Assembly (NCBI RefSeq): GCF_009914755.1
Contig: NC_060925.1
Direction: 5' to 3' (one strand)
Length of the DNA stretch: 64,000 nucleotides
Source of the DNA: the human T2T-CHM13v2.0 reference genome, Homo sapiens
Shown here: piece by piece, positions 15,969 to 27,500 of the stretch
How positions within the stretch are numbered: position 1 is the stretch's first letter
Layout of the letters: the number at the start of each line of letters is the position of its first letter
The notes under the pieces: model-generated
Databases searched by the model: none
The model's input: only the letters and a program-made list of their open reading frames with translations
What the model was told of the DNA's origin: nothing
Translations under genes and position numbers: made by a program

Positions 15969-17337
15969 TATAAAATGTGTGTCAGGACCCCGCTTCTCAT
16001 CTGCCCTGACACCCTGGGGACTGCCTGCTCCACACCTGGGTCTGACCAGGGTGAGTGGATCTTTTGGAACCTAGACAGAGCACAACTGAAAGGGTAAGTA
16101 GCTGTTGAAAATCACAGGGGGAAAGGAAAGACAGGAAAAAAGAGGGTAATAGGAGGAGAGATGTTGGCCTAGGAAGATCCAGCCTGGGAATTAAGAGTCC
16201 CTGGGAATTAGAGGGATTAGCCAATCCAAATTCTTGCCAATATCTGGCTTCTGGCAACTGAGTCAGCTGGCTGGGGAGGGATTATTCCACGCTATTCACA
16301 TCTCATAGATCCATTTCTAGATGCTTAGAGAAGATGGCAGAGGCACACAGAGAAAATGGCAATACCCAATATTACCATGAAATGCCAACTGGTATCCTTT
16401 CCTCTACCTCAGATATAATTCCCTCCCTCCTTCCCTTCCCCAATCTCTTCCTCCCTCCCTTCTTGGCTACCTTTCTTTTCTCCTTTATTTATTCATTCAT
16501 ATATTATTCCTATATCACCAGCTATTTATTGAGCTCCTACTAATTACCTGGTGTTATTCTAGACATTGGAATATAGAAGTATGCAAAAGAGGGGAGGATA
16601 ATCCCTGCTCTTGTGGTGCTTCCATTTCAGGGGGAAATCTACATTTATTGGACATCATCTATGTGACAAGAACTGTGCCATATCTTAGAGACAGAGAAAT
16701 GAACAAGATGGAGGCTTTGGCTTGACTGTGTGTGTGTGGGGGAGGGTGGGGGGTTATGATTTGTTCAATATGTCAGCAGCCCCAGGGTAGATTCCAAAGG
16801 AGGAAACAATGATCTAAGATTTAACAAGTCTATAAAACACCTCTATTGGCTTTTAGGTTGACTGAACTCCCACAAAGATGTCCTGCCAGCAAACCCAGCA
16901 GCTGTGCCAGCCTCCTCTTAAAGGGCCCACTACCAAGTGCCCCCCAAAATGTCCCCCTAAGAGCCCTCCTAAGGTGCCCTGTTCAAGTCTCTTCCTGCTG
17001 TGGGCCTAGCTCTGGGACTGCTGTGGGCCTAGCTTTGGGGCTGCTGTGGCTTCAGCTGATGTTGGCATCAGAGCTCCAGCTATTGCTTTGGGGCTGCTGC
17101 TACCAGGACTTTGAGCATCACCTGAGTAACCGAAACACCAACAACCTGCACCAGTCTCATGCATCTCGTTCATCAGTGCCTTTCATACCTTCAAGAGCTC
17201 TTGCCTCAGAGCATTGCTATGCCTGAGGTGTGTCTCAGAAGCAGCCATTGGCACAGTGGCTTGGGGCTGGGCTCAAAAATTTGCTCTCTTGAAGTTTGGA
17301 TGTGATTGCTCTGAACAAGCTGCTTTGCCACAATAAA
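15969..17337 (+). ncRNA. LINC00302: LCE-derived two-exon transcription unit (skin lincRNA; symbol from recall of its position just upstream of LCE2D)
   Basis: TATAAAA 15969; exon 1 ends tgaccagg|gtgagt (GT 16051); acceptor ttttag|gttgactgaactcc (exon from 16857); AATAAA 17332. Confidence 0.7.
16878..17100 (+). pseudogene. LCEP3: Frameshifted LCE coding exon (symbol from recall)
   Basis: ATG 16878 gives [32 protein letters not shown], then a +1 shift (aag-g-tgccct) to TAG 17007-17009. Out-of-frame [14 protein letters not shown] follows, with further indels. Confidence 0.85.
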
Positions 17338-18226
17338 TATTTTCAAGTTTCCTTGCTTCTATTTTTAAATATTTTATGTTTCCATCTACTTACCAATTCC
17401 CATTTCTTCTTCCTGAATACACTGCTAAGGTTCCTAACTTTGGATGAATAGAAGAAAAATCAACCCTCCAACATAAATTAACTTTTAAAAATACATAAAT
17501 GCTTTGTTTTAATAAATAAAATAAGATGAAATAAATAACCTAAAATATGAACACACTGTTGAAATAAATAAATTAAGGATATAATGGTGTATCGGGGAAA
17601 ATATTACTATAATATGTTCAAAATATTCCTTTAAATAATTGTCTTTTAGGTGACTATGAAAGAAAATGTCCTTGCATATAAAAGACATTGTTTCCTAAAT
17701 GCTCTTACGATAAAATATGAGATAAATGTATAATTTTGTGCTCAGTCTCTGTGGCGGAGCTAGCTGTTACATAAAAGAGGATTTCTGCAGAGGAATGCCA
17801 TGGTTTCCCTGAGTCCAAATGAAGGAAGCATATTATCCCCTGCTCTGATTCTTTGTTCCTTCTCATGCACAGGTAAAGCTAATTGAATTAAGCCCTCTTG
17901 ACAACCACACATCAAAATAGAAGCCCATTTCCAAATGTGCAGTGAGCCGGAGAGGATGCCTATGTGGTTCTTCCTTGTCCTTTTCACTCTTACAGCCTCG
18001 GGGTGGGGATGTCTCAAAGACATCCAGCTTACAGTTTCTCCAGCCTACAGACCCTTCTGATTGATGTGGTGGAGAGCTATTAAGCAATCTTAGTACTCAC
18101 CTCTGTTGGACCTCCAGAATAGTCAGTTAGGAAAGGCCTTGAGAAATAAGGTTAGGTCTCAATGGGAATTCCTAGCAACATTTGAAAACCTGCAGTGGGA
18201 TAGTTCCACCCACCTGAATGCCTATA

Positions 18227-18627
18227 CAGATGTTCCTCAACTTATGATGGGTTTATGTCCAGATAAACCTATGGCGAGTTGAAAATATCCTAAGCCAAAA
18301 ACACACTTAATATAACTAACCTACCAAACATCATAGCTTAGCCTAGCCTTCCTTAAACAGGCTTAGAACACTTACATTAGCCAATAGTTGAGCAAGATCA
18401 TCTGGCAACAGCGTACACCATAGAGTATTGACTGTTTACTCTTGCAACCCCATAGTTGACTGGGAGCTGCAGCAGCATGCCAGGCATCAACACAGACTTT
18501 CATTTATAGGATGTATTGCTAGCTTTGGAAAATATCAAAATTCAAAATCCCAAGTATAATTTCTACCGAAATAATAAAGTTGAAAAATCCTAAGTTGAAC
18601 TTACGATGGTAAGTTGAGAACTATTTA
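18227..18627 (+). mobile_element. MER47-like (Tigger family) non-autonomous DNA transposon
   Basis: TA|cagatgttcctcaacttatgatggg...catcatagcttagcctagcc...gtaagttgagaactattta|TA. Confidence 0.75.
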
Positions 18628-18634
18628 TAATTAG

Positions 18635-18795
18635 TAATTATATATTTTCTTTTATTTGTCAAGCTTCTGTCTCTACATTGAAACACAGTCACAGTGGGGA
18701 GAGATTATATTTCCTTCACGTCATGTTGTATCTCCAGAGTTGACCACATAGTCAACAATACTTGCTGAGTGTATGTGAGAGTGAATTAATGAACT
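18635..18795 (+). mobile_element. L2 3'-end remnant (truncated copies at 29258 and 41045)
   Basis: ...tgttgtatctccagagttgaccacatagtcaacaatacttgctgagt...gaattaatgaa resembles the L2 terminus. Confidence 0.55.
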
Positions 18796-19357
18796 CTGAT
18801 TTTTGAGCTTACTAATGGAGGACAGTCCAGGAAATCCTCAAATTGTTTTCTCTTTAGAGATGTTCTGTTTTTTTTTTTAATTCACCTGATCATATCCTTC
18901 TCTCATTTACTCTTGTAAGACCTGCTTAATGATTACCTAATTTGCTCAGCCAGAATCTTTGAAAAATAGTTCCTTGCTCTCGGAAATCCCAAGGCATAGA
19001 TATGCAGTGATTACAATTATAATATTTAATTAATGTGACCTATTCATCTAACACTGAAATTCTTCTAATTCCAGTGATTAAGAAGATAGAAATACTGGAT
19101 ATAAATGGACATAGGCAGTGAGGGTGTTGGTGTGTGTGTGTAGTGATCATATGTAATTAACATAGTTTTATCCCATGATAGTCTATAAATAGTGCTCTCT
19201 GGGTCATGAAAAATGATGGGTTCTGTCTTGGTTTTGATTGAGAAGTAAGTGCATAGATATTGCATAAAACCAGGAGGACTGGAGAGAGGGAGCACAGCAT
19301 TCAGCTGGGGAGGCCCTTGGTCTTTGCACTTCGCACTTTGGTTCCACAGAGGTATAG

Positions 19358-19529
19358 TCAGTACAGCACAAACAAGGCTGCTGACACTGCACAGTAGCTG
19401 GAGCTGCTTCCCATGCAGGGGTCAGTCACACAGGAAGAACTGGAGGTGAACATGGGCTGTGCACTGGAGTGGCACTGCGGAGGGCCCTTCAAAGGCATTG
19501 GCATTGCTGGCGGTGTTTTGTCAAGGTAT
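19358..19529 (-). pseudogene. Decayed LCE coding-exon fossil, type B, copy 1
   Basis: Minus strand agATACCTTGACAAAACACCGCCAGCAATGCCAA...CCAGTGCACAGCCCATGTTCACCTCCAGTTCTTCCTGTGTG aligns to LCE ATGTCTTGCCAGCAAAACCAGCAGCAGTGCCAG...CAGTGCCCAGCCCCATGCCCACCTCCAGTCTCTTCCTGCTGTG. Confidence 0.65.
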
Positions 19530-22269
19530 CTGAGTTTGAAAGTGAATTGAATAATAAGTCAGATAAATTAGAGCCAGGACAGGAATAATTTTGCCCTTTT
19601 AAACCTATTCACGGTGTGCTGGCAGACAGTTTATAAAATACATTAGTATCTAATTAGTACCTGTAAAGAAACATATTACCCCAAGTTAAAAGTGTTAGAA
19701 GTGACATTCCTGAAAACAGAACTAATGCTAAATCAATGTCAATTTCGGTCTCTCATCATTTCATTTCATATCTACAGACCCAATTCCTACCTACTGTATT
19801 TCATGAGCTTTAAGAGGGTATCAGTTGTAAGGGGCACCCTTATTTCATGCATCATAAGGAAAGAGAAAAATGTTGCAAATTCAACTATTACATGCCACCA
19901 ATCATATGCTATATGCTGATTTAAGGGCTGTTAACAAATGTAAGAAGAGTGTATCATGGAATTGATGAATTAAGATAAGTATAAAACCCATCTTCTTTAG
20001 GTCATATAAATATGTATGTAGTTACTAGATGGGCCATTCTTGCTTTGCCCAGAACACCCCTCTGCTGTCCTGCTCCCTATAGCAGGGACCTCTTCTCCTC
20101 TCGTATTCCATACTCCTGGTGTTGCTCTTTAGACTCCCACATGGTTCTGTCGAGAGCCAGTTCAATGGCCCCCAGTGGTAAACTCACTCTGGCAACCAGC
20201 TAAGGAAAATGGCAGGTCCCAGATGAGGCAAAACAGATGCAGGACAGTGTTAGGAAATCTCTTAAAAGTTATGCTAATATCAAGACCTGAAATGAGTCCC
20301 AGTTCTGGCAGGACCACGACACATGAATTCTCCAACAGTTCTCTGCCTGGAGTTCATGGCCCTCTAATGTCTATCACCAAATGTGACTTCAGCAAAGAGC
20401 CATTCTGGACCTGGGTTCTCAAGCCCCACTTTCCTGTGAAATCATCTCTTGTTAAAAATTAGGGGATAAAATTGTCCAGAACTTAAAATTAAGCCAAAAA
20501 GTAATTTCGGATCAGTCTTTTAAATTTTCACTTCTTCCTAGTAACTAACAACCTTGCCTAAGATTTATAAGACTCTAGATTTTTTTAAAAATAATTGGTG
20601 GGATGATTTTGCTTACAATATGTGGTGTTGATTAAGGCCCAGACTCTGTAAAGCTAGATTGAACTTACAGAAGATTTATAACCTCATGGTTTCATTGCCT
20701 TTTAAAACTGTAACCAGTATGTATCTAAATTTGCAATCTTGTTTTAGAATTTTTTCCTCTGACTGTATATAATTTGTTGTCTCCAATTCTTTGAACCAGC
20801 ATTACCATCATGCTGGTTCCCTTATTAACAAGTGAAACAAATCTTTGATATATGTCTGCTATATATTAACATATATAAATATACTTTTAACTTTTTGGAA
20901 GTTATAGTTAAATAAACCCTTATCTCTACACTTACTCTTTTGGGAGTGAAAACAGGCCCAAACCAGACAGTGCCAGACAGTATCAACAAGAAGATCAAAA
21001 GGACTACAAAGATATAGTAAAGGGAAAATTTGGACTAGTGAATCTATTAAATAAGGTGAGATACATCAAGATACATGGTAAGGCTTTTTCTTGTACTGTG
21101 GCTAAAATAAATTTCCAGCATTTCATGGGGAATAATTTTCTGGAATATATGCAGTTTAAGCTCCCAGGGAGACAAATCAAGGAGCTACATGGAGAGACCA
21201 GCCTGCAGGATACTGACTTTCCAGATGAGGTGAACTTCAGATGAAATGTCTGAAATCACCCCCAGGCCATTCTTCTTATGACACCTATGTGCTCCTTCAT
21301 GAGGTCTTGCAATCATGCATTGATCCTGCCAACATTCGTGTGGCAATGGTTTGGCTGGTCCCTGAGGGAACATGGGCAACTTGACACAGGGTCTCCTGGC
21401 TCAGAGGGATCACATATGATGGTGTGAGGACTGTGGAGACAGAAGCAAGAATACTTGCAGGCAGGTGTTTCTTCACTGACTTGTGAACCAATTCTCAACA
21501 TTTTCTGAGTTATAAAGGGACAAAGGGGACATGTTAAAGAGCTGCTTATCTCCCAGTTCTGGTTTCCCAGGGGATCAGATCCCATTAGCTCTTCCATTGC
21601 TTATTCAACCACTCAATACAGATGTTCATGTATCTGCATGTTCATTTCACCTGCACTTTTATATGAATACAGCATACACACATACAGTGCACACATGCAC
21701 ACACGCACACACAGGCTTGCCTCCCCTACTTCCTCACTTACAACATTGTTACAAATATCTTTGTCAAAGAGTATGAGGAAGCTGAGGGTGATATCACCAT
21801 GAAGACAGTGGAATGAACTAACATCTTTTAATCACATTGGGAAATAGTGACTCAGGAGGTTCAGTCCCCAAACGTCATCTTCTTTGGTACCCATGTTTGT
21901 CTGCAGTCATCTTCAAAAGGGCCAAAATTCTACAGTCCTTGAGGTCATGGGCTACTTATTATTCACCTCTATATCCGTATGTTTGGACATACATGATCCA
22001 AGAATGTTGTAGGCTTTCAAAGAATGCCTTTTGAATTCACTGCCCTGGTCACACTGTTGACTTACTTTATCCTTCAGGTAAAAGCTCCCTGAGAGCAGGA
22101 ATCAGATCTGATAATAGGATTGGATAACTAGGAGAATAGAATCCCTCAGTTAGAAGCTGACAATGGGAAACTATACTTTCTCCGCATCCTCCCCTCCCCC
22201 ATAAGTAGGCATTAGGCAATGTGAAGGCGCGGTCTGTTTCTGTTTTAATCAGAGGTGTGAATATTTTTT

Positions 22270-22745
22270 TCAATTCTAATTTTAACATCTTTATTGAGAC
22301 GTAATTCACATATTGTATAGTTCACTTGTTTAAAGTGTAAATTCAATGGTTTTCAGTATATTCACAGAGTTGGACAATCACCACCACAATTTTAGAACAT
22401 TGTCATTACTCCACAAAGAAAACCTGTATTCATTGGCAGTAACTTCCCAATTTCTCCCAGCCCGCTAAAGCACCTGGAAGCCACTGATATTTCTCAGAGG
22501 ACAGGCATAAACATAAAAGGAGATACAGGGAACAGAATCTCGTCCAGGCTCCCATTCCTCGGATGTCCTGAGTCAGCTCTTCAGGGGTCCAGCCTGGGAG
22601 AGGCTGTAACTGGCTAAAGCCTCATCCCCTTTCATTTCCAGAGATTTGCCTACTCTACACATTTCATATAAATAACATCATACAATATGCAGTCTTTTAT
22701 GACTGGCTTCTTTCACTTAGTGTAATGTTTTCAAGGTTCACACTC
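22270..22745 (-). mobile_element. Old L1 (L1MB-like) 3'-end remnant, interrupted by a promoter-derived insert; paralogous copies at ~34155-34630 and ~45015-45490
   Basis: tttattgaga...ttttcagtatattcacagagttg...gatttgcctactctacacatttcatataaat...ggcttctttcacttag...ttttcaaggttca. Confidence 0.75.
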
Positions 22746-23816
22746 AATGTATCTGTTTAAACTAAATGAATAAATGACTGGGTAACTCTGTCTAGTGCAA
22801 CCCTGAATCAGAACTCTGAATAACTAGACCCCTGGCTGACCCTCTACTTCCTGGTAGGAAAGGAGTTCCCTCTGCATAGGAGCCCCAAGAAATGATGTGT
22901 ACTTCCCAAGAGAGGTTTCAAATAATCTCAGTGTCTGATTGAATTAAACCCTCTGAGGGTAAGGACTCTATACAGGCAATTAATGACACATAAGACCTGG
23001 GCAAGTACCCAACACATGGCATTAGTTTTCTTTGAAACACATATTTATTAAGGGTCTATCAGGCATATAGTGTTGTACCAAGTTTTTTCTTACTTCTTAT
23101 TTAATATTCAAAACAGCTCAGTGAGATAGGTATATCTGGTTTATAATGGCCATTACATATGAGAACTGATACTCATAGTGAGTATCATAATGACACTCTA
23201 GCAATTGTTGATAATTGTTCTAGCTACTTCTATAGGTTACCAAGTTATCATATGCAAGTTTCCTGATTCCGGCAATGGATTCAATACAATTGCTTCGACT
23301 AAAGGAAACGTTTAGATTTTAGAGGGAATTGCTTATTCTCAATCATTCTCCTTGCTCTAGGAGACAGAATCAACTCAGATTTAATTCAGTGAAAGCTTGT
23401 CATGATGAGTCTGAGGAAAAGCAGAAACTCAGAGGCCGAGAGGAAGGACTGTGAGCCTAGTCAAGGGAGGGATGCCTAGAAAGAGCCAAGGCTGTAGAAG
23501 CCCCCTGGGATGGCTGGATGCACAGCAGGACATGGAAGACAAACTGCTCAAGGTGCAGGGAGTCATAATGGAACATTTCCACAAGGTCAGGGAATGCTGT
23601 GGCTCAGAGCTGATGTAACCTCAGAGGACAGGAATAAAAAAGATGCAAGGAACAGAACCATGTCCAGGCATGGGTGCCTTGGGTTCCCTAAGTTAACTCT
23701 TTAGGGCTCCCACCTGCTGGAGGCTCTGACTGGCTAAAGCCTCTCTAGACCACAGCCCCAGAGAGGAGTCCTAGAAGCTCCCGAGGCCTCTTTGGGTGCA
23801 GGGACTAGGAGACAGG

Positions 23817-23975
23817 AGAATGTCAGGAATGACCCAGCACGTGCCTGGTTGTGCAAGAGCCACCTCCTGCTCTTCCCAGAGCCAAGTCTGAGTCCTATAA
23901 AAGACACATCCAGCTTCAGCACCTCATCTGCTCTGACTCCCCAGGGACGTGTCTGTGCTTTTGCATGTGACCAGG
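23817..23975 (+). promoter_or_regulatory. LCE2D: LCE2D promoter and non-coding exon 1
   Basis: agaatgtcaggaatg 23817; CACGTG; TATAAAA 23896; donor ccagg|gtgagt 23976; intron to 24630. Confidence 0.88.
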
Positions 23976-24651
23976 GTGAGTGGCAACCTGGGATACCAGA
24001 AGGGTATTAGCAAGGTAGAGGGATGGGGAGGATGGAGGTAGGCTGGAGAAAGATAGTTGTGCGCTTGTGTTCTCCCATACTGAGCAGGAATAGGACTCAG
24101 TTTGCCTCAAATCTCTAGAAGCTCTGGGACTTGCTGGAGCTCACGTAGAAGGGAATAGCTAACTGTGCCCATCTTTCCCAACTCTGTCTTCAATGACTTC
24201 ATGTTGGCCATCTTGGGCAGATTTGCACCATGGAAATTGTCAAATGCTTCAGGCCAGGCCCTTTTACCTGGAGTTTTCATGGCTAAACATTTTCCAGAGG
24301 ATCCCTGGTGTGTCTACAGCACCCATCTGGGCGCTGGGGCTTGTATTAAGAGAACAGGTACTTCATGGAGCTGTGAATACTCTATTCAGGCTTGTGAAGA
24401 TAGAGCAATCCCAGCTTCCCTCTGAAAGGAAGAATATGAAGCTCATTCTGTTGATTTTTTAATCTATGTACTTTTATCTGGAAGAAAGATTCAAGTTGTT
24501 TCTTTCAGGTTACTGATGTGACTGTATTACCTAAATATCATTCTTCTTCTACACATGCATTGATTTTAGAGGAGGCATAATTATGACCTTTGGTTTGAAA
24601 TATTTAAAGAGTTTCATTATTATCTTTTAGGTTGACTAAACTCCTGCCAGG

Positions 24652-24984
24652 ATGTCTTGCCAGCAAAACCAGCAGCAGTGCCAGCCCCCTCCCAAATGTC
24701 CTCCCAAGTGTACCCCAAAATGTCCACCTAAGTGTCCCCCCAAATGCCCACCACAGTGCCCAGCTCCATGTTCCCCTGCAGTCTCTTCCTGCTGTGGTCC
24801 CAGCTCTGGGAGCTGCTGTGGTCCCAGCTCTGGGGGCTGCTGCAGCTCTGGGGGTGGTGGCTGCTGCCTGAGCCACCACAGGCCCCGTCTCTTCCACCGG
24901 CGCCGGCACCAGAGCCCCGATTGCTGTGAGAGTGAACCTTCTGGGGCCTCTGGCTGCTGCCACAGCTCTGGGGGCTGCTGCTGA
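24652..24984 (+). CDS. LCE2D: Late cornified envelope protein 2D (110 aa)
   Basis: [24 protein letters not shown]...[45 protein letters not shown]; acceptor ttttag|g 24630; AATAAA 25179. Confidence 0.96.
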   Translation: MSCQQNQQQCQPPPKCPPKCTPKCPPKCPPKCPPQCPAPCSPAVSSCCGPSSGSCCGPSSGGCCSSGGGGCCLSHHRPRLFHRRRHQSPDCCESEPSGASGCCHSSGGCC

Positions 24985-26576
24985 CCTGGGCTGCAGAAGA
25001 GCTCTGGTACTGAATGGTCAAAAACCTGCTACAGCCTGATGCTTAACTATTTCCCCTTCCTTTCATTCCACTCATGGGTGGACAGGGACCACAAAGACTC
25101 ATGGGGCTTCCCCAGAACTTTGTGCTTGATGGAGCACCCCAGATGGAAGCCTTCTTTTTCTCCTTTACCTCATATTGTAATAAAGCTCTGATTTCTGACT
25201 CTTTAAATGTCTTGGTCATACTCTTCTCTTCTGAGATTTCTAATGTCTTCTAACGGTCAGGGCCCCAGAGAAATTCTCTTCATGAGGCAAGGACAGGACA
25301 TGAGCAAGTGATACATGAAAGGCTGCTCCGAGGAACTGATTACCCCAACTGCAGGGTAGATGGAGCTCCAAGATGATCACCTCTGGCAACGGCAGCTTTG
25401 ACTTTGTCCCCACTAAGCCAGACATATGTTCTAATTTTCTGTGTATTCCAGACATTGGGAAGGTTGGGAAGCTCTGTAGACTTGTTCTTCTCTAGGGAGA
25501 AGAACACATCTCTATGAAGCAAAACTTCCCTGCTGTTCGAATCAATAGTTGAATAAAATGCTTGAAACGAATGTTGAGACCCCTCCTCCTGCAAAGTACA
25601 GCCCATGGTCAGTGAACTCCCTTCCCAGGAGGGTGAGTCTGGTTAAGATTCACTTCTTGACTTGCTCTCTCAGACACCTGGCGTCTCTTCCTCTCAGTGT
25701 GAAGGGAAAAGGGACACAGCAGGGGGAAATAAGGACTAGTGCTTCTTAGGTTCAGGCTGACAGGTGTCTACATGAAGATGATGGATTCAGTGCAGAGAGA
25801 TTCTGTCAGAGGTGGAGTCTCTTATTAAGATGTTCATCTGCCTCCTCATCCTTACTGCTGCTAAGACAAACACCCAGCTGTTTAACCAGTCTGAGATTCT
25901 GTACTCTCCGCATTTTAAATCACCCACTGCACTGAGTCAGTTTATTTGACTTGATGCTCTTCATTATTTTTTCCAGTCTCATTATTAACTGAATTTTCAA
26001 GTCCCTGACCAGTAGTAATTTTGAGCTTCTAAAAATATGTACATTGGCCATTTCTACAAAATTTGTAATATGATTTTAAATTTTCTTTTCAATTTTCAAG
26101 AGCTCTTGATATATCATGGATATTAACCTTGATCTGTGTTTATTAAAATATTTAATGCATCAGATTTAATTGAATCCATTTATAATAGCTTTTGCTATGG
26201 AAAGATTTTTAGTTTTTATATACTCAAATATGACTTTCTTCGCTTTTATAGCTTCAGGGTTTCCTGAGTTGGTTAAGAAGTTTTCCCTTGTCCTTAGTGT
26301 TTACATGTGAGCAGCAAAACAAATGAAAAAACCAAACAGTACAAAATGGAGTGCCAAGCATGGGACCTAAGGTTGCCCGGGGCAGTTGAAGGCTGGCCTA
26401 CAGAGAGGTGGACACCCAAGTGTGCTTTCAGGGACCTCTGCCTTAAGTAAGAGCAACCCACCGGCCATTCCCTTCCCCAGTGGGCCTGCTATCTGGGCCT
26501 CCATGTGCTCCTTTCATAGTGAGCAACTTCCTTTCTCTATCTAACCCTCCATACACAGAATAATTTCCCATCTAAC

Positions 26577-26970
26577 TTTTTTTGTTTTAAATTATGCTTT
26601 AAGTTCTGGGATACATGTGCAGAACGTGCAGGTTTGTTACATAGGTATACACGTGCCATGGTGGTTTGCTGCACCCATCAACCTGTCAACTACATTAGGT
26701 ATCTCTGCTAATGCTATCCCTCCCCTAGCCCCCTACCCACTGACAGGCCCTGGTGTGTGATGTTCCCCTCCATGTGTCCATGTGTTCTCATTTTTCAACT
26801 CACACTTATGATTGTGAACATGCAGTGTTTGGTTTTCTGTTCCTGTGTTAGTTTGCTGAGAATAATGGTTTCCAGATTCATCCATGTCCCCCCAAAGGAC
26901 ATGAACTCATCCTTTTTTATGGCTGCATAGTATTCCATGGTGCATATGTGCCATATTTTCTTTATCCATT
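26577..26970 (-). mobile_element. 5'-truncated primate L1 (L1PA7-like) 3' end, specific to unit 1
   Basis: Poly-T then ttaagttctgggatacatgtgcagaacgtgcagg...; ORF 26795-26977 is the ORF2 C-terminus; approximate TSD tctaac(t/a)ttt; empty site at ~38750 in unit 2. Confidence 0.88.
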
Positions 26971-27022
26971 CTAACATTTGTTTTTAGCTGCATCTTACTT
27001 TGTGTTTGGCATGTGTGCAGGT

Positions 27023-27500
27023 GTGTTAGAAAATTATGTTCGGATGCTATCAGAGGAACTCAAAATTACAGCAATTTAAAAAGGAAAGCAGACTATTTCC
27101 ACTCACATATGATGAAGTCAGAGGTCAGTGGTCCATGGCTGGTACGGTGGTTCCCTGGAGTCTTCAAAGATGGATACCCCTATGTCTTGTCAATTCATTG
27201 TTAGCAGTTGTTTCCTGGGAGGTAGTTGGTGATCTCGAGGTGCCTGATAGAGTTCTGATCTGCAAGGCTGTGCTTCAGGTAGGAAGAAGGAGAAAGGGTG
27301 GGTAAAAGGCCCTGACCCCAGTAAAGCCTCTTACCTGAGCTTTCCTAAAGTCCCAACAATTTCCTGAATCTCACTGGCTGCTTGTACATACAAGGGGGAT
27401 GGAGAAGTGTAAATTTTGATATCTGAACATGATTTGGTTCTGGTCAAAATTTAAAGATATAAGTTAAGAATGAAGGGGGCATGTATGTTGGGCACTATCC
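27023..27500. mobile_element. Probable old MaLR (MLT1) LTR remnant; copy at ~38805-39285
   Basis: aactcaaaattacagcaatttaaa...aagtcagaggtcagtggtccatggctggt resembles MLT1 family; weak. Confidence 0.4.

Noticed and set aside
16846-17226. 126-aa ORF across the LCE pseudo-exon
   Set aside because: It starts at a TTG inside the intron, upstream of the acceptor. The credible start is ATG 16878 in another frame.
17440-17740. Very AT-rich tract downstream of the LINC00302 poly(A) signal
   Set aside because: No periodicity or recognisable element that I can support; probably decayed repeat or low-complexity DNA.
21038-21244. 68-76 aa ORF open in all three duplicons (21038, 32903, 43733)
   Set aside because: Two copies start at GTG, differences are largely non-synonymous, and there is no recognisable domain. 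Staying open over about 70 codons at this divergence is plausible by chance. A dN/dS test would settle it.
24604-25021. Antisense and alternative-frame ORFs over each LCE2 CDS (also 36512-37059, 47357-47699, 59279-59961, 5033-5299)
   Set aside because: Shadows of GC-rich, repetitive Cys/Gly/Pro/Ser codons that lack stops in other frames; no separate promoter or splice signals.
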